DNA from: Hormoscilla sp. | GTDB lineage: Bacteria > Cyanobacteriota > Cyanobacteriia > Cyanobacteriales > Desertifilaceae | NCBI GenBank assembly: GCA_051439505.1 | Contig: JBFRWI010000009.1 | Span: forward strand, 25,813 to 89,812 | Length of the DNA stretch: 64,000 nucleotides | Direction: 5' to 3' | Translations under genes and position numbers: made by a program | In this document: positions 56,661-64,000 of the stretch, piece by piece | How positions within the stretch are numbered: position 1 is the first letter of the stretch | How the letters are laid out: each line of letters opens with the position of its first letter | Notes under the pieces: model-generated | Seen by the model: only the letters and a program-made list of their open reading frames with translations | Told to the model about the DNA's origin: nothing | Databases searched by the model: none

Positions 56661-58691
56661 ATGCCATCCATCGATCAAATCCTTCAACAGGGGTTAAACC
56701 CCTTCGATCCAGTCAGTTTTGCCACGGGGAACTTTTGGCAAGAACAACAGGATACTTCGCCCAGCATTAACTCAATTCACGAAGGAGAACTAGCCAGGGT
56801 AGCAGCAGTGCTAGAACAGGTGGCCAAAGACCATCGCCCCCGCACCATCATGCTGACGGGAGACTCAGGTTCGGGCAAGAGTTATCTATTAAAGCGGCTC
56901 AAGCAGGAATTTAACCGGCAAGCTTTTTTTGCCTACATCGGTCCCTGGGCAGATAGCAACTACATCTGGCGTCATACCCTGCGCCATACTGTTGATAGCT
57001 TGATGAAAGTGCCGAAGTACCAACAAGAGTCTCAGTTGGTACTCTGGATGAAGAGTCTATCGGCTTTCAGCGATGGTAGTCTGATGAAAAGGTTACTGGG
57101 GGAGCGGAAACAATTCATCTGGGACCTCAGAGAAACCTGTCCGTCGGGAATTTACAACGCGAAAGAGTTTTTTGGGGTATTGTACGACCTGAATAATCCC
57201 AAGCTGAAGATGACAGCCTATGATTGGTTGCGGGGAGACGATCTCGATGGAGACGATCTCAAAGCTTTGGGAGTAAAAAATGCGATCGACAGTGAAGATG
57301 CGGCCCAAAATATCTTGATGAATTTTGGCAGGATTTCCGTCGATACAAACCCGATCGTGCTCTGCTTTGACCAGCTGGATAACATCCCCCGCTTGCAAGA
57401 TAACTTCCTAGATATCCAAGCCTTGTTTAATGTCAACTCTAGCCTGCACAATTACTCGCCCAACAACTTTATGGCGATCGTAAGTATTATTAAGAATACT
57501 TGGAAACGCAATAGCGAGATGGTCCAATCTGCCGACCGAGTCAGAATTAATGAAACGGTTGACCTCAAGGAGATATCCCTAGATCAAGCAGAGGAACTTT
57601 GGGCCACCAGACTATATCCTTTACGCCAGCAAGCTATCCCCAAACCCGCTTCGCCCCTTTATCCCTTAACTCGCCAACAGTTGGAAGCAGAATACCCTCG
57701 TGGCAGAACTACGCCCCGATCGGCCTTGGTTTTGGGCTGTCAGCTAATTGGACAGCACAAAGAAAACCTGGTTGCTGCGTCCAATGAGGCCCAGTCCCCG
57801 ACTCTGGTTACATCTCCCGTACCGCAAGACGCTCTAGCAGCTTTCAAGTTAGTCTGGAAGCAAGAATTCGACAAAACTGCTGCCAAAATTACCCGCATTC
57901 GCGATTACGATGGTCCCGAACTGATCAAAATGTTGCAAGAAGCTCTCCAGGCATTGCAGATATCGGGAATTAAGTCGAAACTGTTATCTAGCAGTGCCAC
58001 ATTTGCTAGCCATTCCCTGAGTTACCAAGATGGGCAGAATCGGGTAGGATTGGTCTGGGTGGAAAATCCTAACATGAGTAGCTTTTTTCGTCTGATGGAA
58101 GCTTGCCAGAAAGTAATAAGCAAAAAGTTCTGTCAAACCATGTACTTGATCAGAAATGAAGGGGTGGGTCAATATACTCATCAAGGGAACAAAATCTATC
58201 AGCAAATTTTCCGGGGCTCTCCCCATCGTCACATCCAACCGGACCTGGAGTCTCTCCACTACCTAGCAACCTACCACAATCTGGTGAATGCTGCTTGCTC
58301 TGGAGAGTTGGTAGTTGCTAATCAAACTCCAACACTACTAGAGTTAGAGACTCTGATCCGGGACTCTCAGATCTTGTCATCCTGTTCTTTGTTGCAAGAT
58401 TTGGGTATTGTTGTCTCAGATGGTGGCGATGACGGCCAAGATCCGCAGGATAAGTTACTCCAGGAAATCGAGGAGTTTTTGTTGAATCTAGTCACCACTC
58501 AGCAGACGATCGGGCGTGATATTCTGCTCGAAAATGCTCGCAGTCAGTTTCCCCAGATAAATGCATCGGAAATTCCCCAACTGCTCGAACAGCTTTGTCA
58601 GTCAAATCGCCTGAAAATTGTCAACCCTGATGAATCAATTGAAAAACAATCCATCTCTGGGATAGATCGAGAAGAACTGGCTAATGGCTAA
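56661..58691 (+). CDS. P-loop ATPase, RcaG-like (copy 2)
   Basis: GDSGSGKS, VLCFDQLD; colinear paralog of 53597..55648. Confidence 0.75.
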   Translation: MPSIDQILQQGLNPFDPVSFATGNFWQEQQDTSPSINSIHEGELARVAAVLEQVAKDHRPRTIMLTGDSGSGKSYLLKRLKQEFNRQAFFAYIGPWADSNYIWRHTLRHTVDSLMKVPKYQQESQLVLWMKSLSAFSDGSLMKRLLGERKQFIWDLRETCPSGIYNAKEFFGVLYDLNNPKLKMTAYDWLRGDDLDGDDLKALGVKNAIDSEDAAQNILMNFGRISVDTNPIVLCFDQLDNIPRLQDNFLDIQALFNVNSSLHNYSPNNFMAIVSIIKNTWKRNSEMVQSADRVRINETVDLKEISLDQAEELWATRLYPLRQQAIPKPASPLYPLTRQQLEAEYPRGRTTPRSALVLGCQLIGQHKENLVAASNEAQSPTLVTSPVPQDALAAFKLVWKQEFDKTAAKITRIRDYDGPELIKMLQEALQALQISGIKSKLLSSSATFASHSLSYQDGQNRVGLVWVENPNMSSFFRLMEACQKVISKKFCQTMYLIRNEGVGQYTHQGNKIYQQIFRGSPHRHIQPDLESLHYLATYHNLVNAACSGELVVANQTPTLLELETLIRDSQILSSCSLLQDLGIVVSDGGDDGQDPQDKLLQEIEEFLLNLVTTQQTIGRDILLENARSQFPQINASEIPQLLEQLCQSNRLKIVNPDESIEKQSISGIDREELANG

Positions 58692-58800
58692 TGGCTAATG
58701 GCTAATGGTTAGGAGTAACAATTAGCCATTGACAATTAGCCAGATGCGGTAAATTCTTGCTTTTCTTCAAAATCTTCAAAATTGGGATGCACTTTTAATT

Positions 58801-59018
58801 GAAACCGACTATTACCTTATAGAGAAAGCGTTTTACCTCATTAAGAGGATCCGCCTCTTAATCTTGGGGAAATTCCGGGGATAAATCCTTTCTGCGATAA
58901 TGCGGACAGTGGGTTTTAACCCACTTAAGCTGAAAGCCTTAGGGTTTGAACCCACGGCGGACCAGGAAACATCTTGATTAATTGACAATGGTGCAATATT
59001 TCAGTTTTAACCGACTAA
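58801..59018. mobile_element. second copy of the 23.2-kb REP/MITE-like element core
   Basis: Shares agaaagcgtttt..cattaagagg, gcgataatgcggacagtgggttttaacccacttaagct, gggtttgaacccacggcgga, cagttttaaccgact. Confidence 0.7.
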
Positions 59019-59125
59019 AATCAAATTATATCAAGCATTTCTCCTCCGGACTAACCCAAAGACTTCCATTCGCTTGTGCGATCCCCGGGTCCCAATGGGC
59101 AATATAGATATAGTTCATCAGTCAG

Positions 59126-59368
59126 ATGACTCACGCAACCATGAAACATACTATCAAATCAGGGGCAATCTTGCTGACAATCGGATTCTTACTGTTCGTG
59201 TTTTTGGGCGATCGCTTCCTACCCGAACCGCTAGGACCAGCAAGCCTGAAGACCCGCACCACCTTAAACAAAGCCATGATGGGACTAATTCCCAACTGGA
59301 GGCCAAAAACCAAACGTTATCAGCGCACCGAAGAAGCCATAGAAAAAGAGTACGAAGGTGGAGACTGA
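59126..59368 (+). CDS. small hypothetical membrane protein
   Basis: TM then GDRFLPEPL..YQRTEEAI. Confidence 0.55.
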   Translation: MTHATMKHTIKSGAILLTIGFLLFVFLGDRFLPEPLGPASLKTRTTLNKAMMGLIPNWRPKTKRYQRTEEAIEKEYEGGD

Positions 59369-59463
59369 TATCAAGGCCGCGCCGGCGGCCTTTGTAATGT
59401 GGCCCCATCCCTTTAGGGTGGGGCGGCTGTATGGGGCGGCTGTATGGGACAGCTGAGTGGTGC

Positions 59464-59485
59464 TGGTGGGCAGTGCCCACCCTAC
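59464..59485 (-). repeat. GTAG-type REP-like hairpin
   Basis: tggtgggcagtgcccaccctac. Confidence 0.65.
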
Positions 59486-59496
59486 GCCTTCTTCAA

Positions 59497-60552
<1,056 letters not shown>

Positions 60553-60584
60553 TCATAAGCAGAACCTCAAAAGACCTAGAACCC

Positions 60585-61331
60585 ATGACTGACTCTCAAC
60601 AGCTGTATGAAGGCAAAGCCAAGATCGTATACAGGACGGACGACCCAGAGATTCTCCTGGCCTACTTTAAGGACGATGCTACCGCCTTTAATGCCCAAAA
60701 GCGGGGGACGATCGCTGGGAAAGGGGAAATCAACTGCGGCATTTCCAGCCAGCTATTTAGCCTGCTGGCAGCCCAGGGCATCCCGACTCATTATCTAGAC
60801 AGGCCGACCCCCAACTCGATGCGCATCCGCGCCTTGCAGATCCTGCCAGTGGAAGTGATAGTGCGTAACATAGCAGCCGGCAGCCTCTGCAAGCAGACAG
60901 GTTTGCCTTTGGGGATGAAGATCGACCCGCCCCTGGTGGAGTTCTGCTACAAAAACGATGCCCTTCTTGACCCCTTGTTGACCCGCGATCGGCTATTATT
61001 GCTAAAACTGGCAACGCCAGAGCAATTAGAGGATCTCCGCCTGTTAGCATTGCAGATAAATCAAATCCTCATCAAATTTTTCTTAGAGTGCGATCTGACT
61101 CTAGTAGACTTCAAACTAGAATTTGGTCTAGACAAACAGCAGCAATTGCTGTTGGCAGATGAAATCAGCCCTGACACCTGTCGTTTGTGGGATAATGCCA
61201 CCACGGACCCGAAGCAGCGAGTAATGGATAAGGACCGGTTCCGGCAGGATTTGGGAAATGTGGAAGCAGCATATCAGCAAGTTCTCCAAAGAGTTTTAGC
61301 ACAGATAGCGAAAGTTAACGAGCTTGCGTGA
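60585..61331 (+). CDS. purC: phosphoribosylaminoimidazolesuccinocarboxamide synthase
   Basis: LYEGKAK, FKDDATAFN, DFKLEFG, ADEISPDTCRLWD, DKDRFR. Confidence 0.96.
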   Translation: MTDSQQLYEGKAKIVYRTDDPEILLAYFKDDATAFNAQKRGTIAGKGEINCGISSQLFSLLAAQGIPTHYLDRPTPNSMRIRALQILPVEVIVRNIAAGSLCKQTGLPLGMKIDPPLVEFCYKNDALLDPLLTRDRLLLLKLATPEQLEDLRLLALQINQILIKFFLECDLTLVDFKLEFGLDKQQQLLLADEISPDTCRLWDNATTDPKQRVMDKDRFRQDLGNVEAAYQQVLQRVLAQIAKVNELA

Positions 61332-61390
61332 GGCAGTAAAATGACTTGAGTCGTCAGACTGAATGGTGTGTGGATATAAACGTGAAAACA

Positions 61391-63421
61391 ATGCGCTTTT
61401 CTCCCTTATTATTAGCAATAGTTACTGCCTCAGCTACAGTAGGCTCGATCGACTCTGCCAAGGGACAAACCTCTGGTGCAATGTTGGAGGGGGCCTTGAG
61501 CGAAGAGTTATCTGGGATGCGATCGGACGAAACACGAGACTCCCTCTCCGGGTTGAGTATAGTCTCGGTGGGCGGTGTGGTGGGCGGTACAGATCCTACG
61601 GAAGTGGGGCAAAGACCTACTTTCGGACAAGCGGAACCGCGAGTCCTAGTTGCAGAAGTAGTAGTACAGGGGGCACAAGACTCACTGGAAGATGAAGTAT
61701 ACCGAGTAATTAGCACTCAACCGGGACGAACAACTACCCGCAGCCAGATGCAAGCAGATATTAACGCTATCTTTGCGACAGGATTTTTTGCCAACGTGCA
61801 GGCAATACCGCAAGATACACCTTTGGGAGTGCGGGTAACTTTTGTCGTGCAACCTAACCCCGATCTCACACAGGTGCGAGTGGTCGCAAATCAAGAGGAA
61901 GGGCAGTCGGTGCTGGGACCAGAGGTAGTTGAGGAAATTTTTAGCTCTCAATACGGTGAGATATTGAATCTGCGGCAGCTACAGGAAGGGATCGAAAGCT
62001 TAAACCAAAGATATCAAGACCAGGGTTATGTCTTGGCTCAGGTAATTGGTTCTCCCCAGGTGGAGTCAGATGGTGTTGTCACCCTAATCGTCACGGAAGG
62101 GGTAATAGAAGATATCGAAATCCGTTTCCTGAATGAAGACGGAGAAGCTACTGATGAAGAGGGTCAACAGATCTCGGGTAAGACGCGGGAATTTATTATT
62201 ACCCGAGAGTTGCAACTGGAACCGGGAAAGCTGTTTAATCGCGATCGGGTGGAGGAAGATTTACAGCGGGTATTTGGTTTGGGGATTTTTGAAGATGTGT
62301 TTATAGAATTAAATCCCGGAGTTGACCCTTCCAAAGTGGTGGTGGTGATGAACGTGCAGGAGGGAAATACAGGCTCGATCGCGGCAGGTGCGGGGATCAG
62401 TTCTGCTAGCGGGTTGTTTGGTTCGGTCAGCTACCAGGAGAACAACCTGGGGGGCAATAATCAGACCTTGCGGGCTGAGGCCCAGGCAGGCACCCGGGAG
62501 TTGCTGTTCGACCTCAGCTTTACAGACCCCTGGATCGCAGGAGACCCGCACCGCACCTCCTATACGGCAAATATATTCCGACGCCAGTCTATTTCCCTGG
62601 TGTTTGATGGGGAGAAAAATGAAATCGAACTGGATAATGGCGATCGCCCCCGGGTGCTGCGGTTAGGAGGAGGAATTAGCTTTACCCGTCCCTTGGGACC
62701 AGACCCCCTGAACTCAGAATGGCGCGGGTCTTTAGGGTTGCAGTATCAACGGGTTTCTATTCGCGATCGGGATGGCGATGTGTCCCCCGAAAGCGAAGAT
62801 GGCGAACTCTTATCCTTCAGCGACGATGGCAAAGATGACCTGGTGCTGCTGCAATTGGGAGTGGTGCGCGATCGACGCAATAATAATCTCCAGCCCACCA
62901 GCGGTTCTCTGACTAGGTTGAGTATGGAACAGTCGGTCCCCATTGGCAAGGGCAATATCTTTCTCAATCGCGTCCGGGCTAGCCAAAGCTTCTACATCCC
63001 CGTTCAGTTTACCAATTTTACCGAAGGAGCCCAAGCCCTAGCTTTTAATGTACAAGCGGGAGCCGCGATCGGGGATTTACCCCCCTACGAAGCCTTCGTG
63101 CTAGGGGGCAGTAACTCGGTGCGGGGCTTTGCAGAAGGAGATTTGGGCAGCGGTCGCTATTTTATTCAAGGCACGGCAGAATATCGCTTCCCCATCTTCT
63201 CGGTGGTCGGCGGGGCCCTATTTTTGGATGTGGGCAGCAACCTGGGTTCGGGGGGTAACGTTCCGGGAGAACCCTCGGAAGTCCGAGACCTGGCGGGAAC
63301 CGGTGCGGGCATCGGTCTGGGGGTGCGCATTCAGTCTCCTTTAGGACCAATTCGAGTAGACTTCGGCTTCAGTACCGATGGGGGGAACCGCCTCCACTTT
63401 GGCATCGGAGAAAGATTCTAA
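61391..63421 (+). CDS. bamA: Omp85/BamA family outer-membrane protein
   Basis: POTRA repeats, GGSNSVRGF, SPLGPIRVD, C-terminal FGIGERF; purC-omp85-lpxC order. Confidence 0.9.
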   Translation: MRFSPLLLAIVTASATVGSIDSAKGQTSGAMLEGALSEELSGMRSDETRDSLSGLSIVSVGGVVGGTDPTEVGQRPTFGQAEPRVLVAEVVVQGAQDSLEDEVYRVISTQPGRTTTRSQMQADINAIFATGFFANVQAIPQDTPLGVRVTFVVQPNPDLTQVRVVANQEEGQSVLGPEVVEEIFSSQYGEILNLRQLQEGIESLNQRYQDQGYVLAQVIGSPQVESDGVVTLIVTEGVIEDIEIRFLNEDGEATDEEGQQISGKTREFIITRELQLEPGKLFNRDRVEEDLQRVFGLGIFEDVFIELNPGVDPSKVVVVMNVQEGNTGSIAAGAGISSASGLFGSVSYQENNLGGNNQTLRAEAQAGTRELLFDLSFTDPWIAGDPHRTSYTANIFRRQSISLVFDGEKNEIELDNGDRPRVLRLGGGISFTRPLGPDPLNSEWRGSLGLQYQRVSIRDRDGDVSPESEDGELLSFSDDGKDDLVLLQLGVVRDRRNNNLQPTSGSLTRLSMEQSVPIGKGNIFLNRVRASQSFYIPVQFTNFTEGAQALAFNVQAGAAIGDLPPYEAFVLGGSNSVRGFAEGDLGSGRYFIQGTAEYRFPIFSVVGGALFLDVGSNLGSGGNVPGEPSEVRDLAGTGAGIGLGVRIQSPLGPIRVDFGFSTDGGNRLHFGIGERF

Positions 63422-63438
63422 GAATGGTGAATTGACAT

Positions 63439-63460
63439 GTAGGGTGGGCACCGCCCACCA
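63439..63460 (+). repeat. GTAG-type REP-like hairpin
   Basis: gtagggtgggcaccgcccacca. Confidence 0.7.
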
Positions 63461-63521
63461 GGAACAGGTACAGCTACGTATAAGCAATTCACCATTAGCA
63501 ATTAGCAATTAGCAATTAGCA

Positions 63522-64000
63522 ATGATGGAAAAGTCGGGTGTGGGACTGCATACTGGCGTCCTGACTAAGGTCAGGGTGCTACCAGCAGCAGTAGGAGAGG
63601 GGCGCTATTTTGTGCGGGTTGACCTGCCTGGAGCACCGGTAATACCTGCCCGGGTAGATGCTGTAGTCTCCACCACCCTATCTACTGAACTGGGATGGCA
63701 AGATGCGCGGGTGCGGACAGTAGAACATCTCTTAGCAGCACTGGTGGGCATGGATGTGGATGATGCCAGAATTGAAATTGACGGTCCAGAACTGCCCCTA
63801 TTGGATGGTTCGGCAGCAGAATGGATAGAGGCCCTACCCAATGGGTTCCCAGGCAGATCCGTGGGAACGAGGGCCCAGCTGTGGTCAAAACCCGTCGATC
63901 GAACATCGCATACCCCAGTCGCCGGATCCCCCCAAACCCCCCTTAGAAAGGGGGGCTTCCGGAACCCCCCCCTTTTGGAAGGGGGGGTTTGGGGGGGATC
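63522..64000 (+). CDS. lpxC: UDP-3-O-acyl-GlcNAc deacetylase, partial (runs off window)
   Basis: Manual translation: [29 protein letters not shown]; no stop before 64000, so absent from the ORF track. Confidence 0.85.
   Translation, partial: MMEKSGVGLHTGVLTKVRVLPAAVGEGRYFVRVDLPGAPVIPARVDAVVSTTLSTELGWQDARVRTVEHLLAALVGMDVDDARIEIDGPELPLLDGSAAEWIEALPNGFPGRSVGTRAQLWSKPVDRTSHTPVAGSPQTPLRKGGFRNPPLLEGGVWGG
63880..64000. repeat. GC-rich palindromic element inside the lpxC frame
   Basis: gatccccccaaacccccctt..aagggggggtttgggggggatc; homologous to 40429-40546. Confidence 0.75.

Noticed and set aside
59402..59424. Hairpin gccccatccctttagggtggggc resembling an IS200/IS605 end
   Set aside because: No tnpA/tnpB or partner end nearby; may simply be a terminator
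63485..63521. Phase-variable N-terminal extension of lpxC through the heptamer repeat
   Set aside because: The repeat puts TAG in frame, and caattcaccatt is better explained as the inverted partner of aatggtgaattg at 63423

Overview
Chromosomal window from a cyanobacterium, probably filamentous (dense HIP1 GCGATCGC octamers, 7-bp STRR tracts, phycobilisome-type genes, desA, labA). The housekeeping backbone is metG-labA-lptC, TRAP permeases, lepA-uxs-ugd, desA, ilvC and purC-bamA-lpxC. It is interspersed with small accessory cassettes, pseudogene remnants and several families of palindromic REP-like repeats. Most notable: (1) a three-gene cluster at 1.4-6.9 kb with a CASTOR/POLLUX-like channel, an orphan divergent PstS-like binding protein and a dCache domain fused to a complete pentameric ligand-gated ion channel; (2) a 321-aa intein inserted just before the catalytic YxxxK motif of UDP-glucuronate decarboxylase; (3) TA modules, minimal toxin/immunity pairs and a cupin gene bracketed by palindromic repeats, as if captured as cassettes; (4) a tandem duplication of an RcaD-like/RcaG-like pair whose first rcaD copy has collapsed; (5) a HEAT-repeat protein with a frameshifted tail; (6) palindromic repeats read in frame within lpxC at the window end. 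No rRNA, tRNA, CRISPR array or transposase was recognised. All family calls come from motif recognition by eye; no database search was run.
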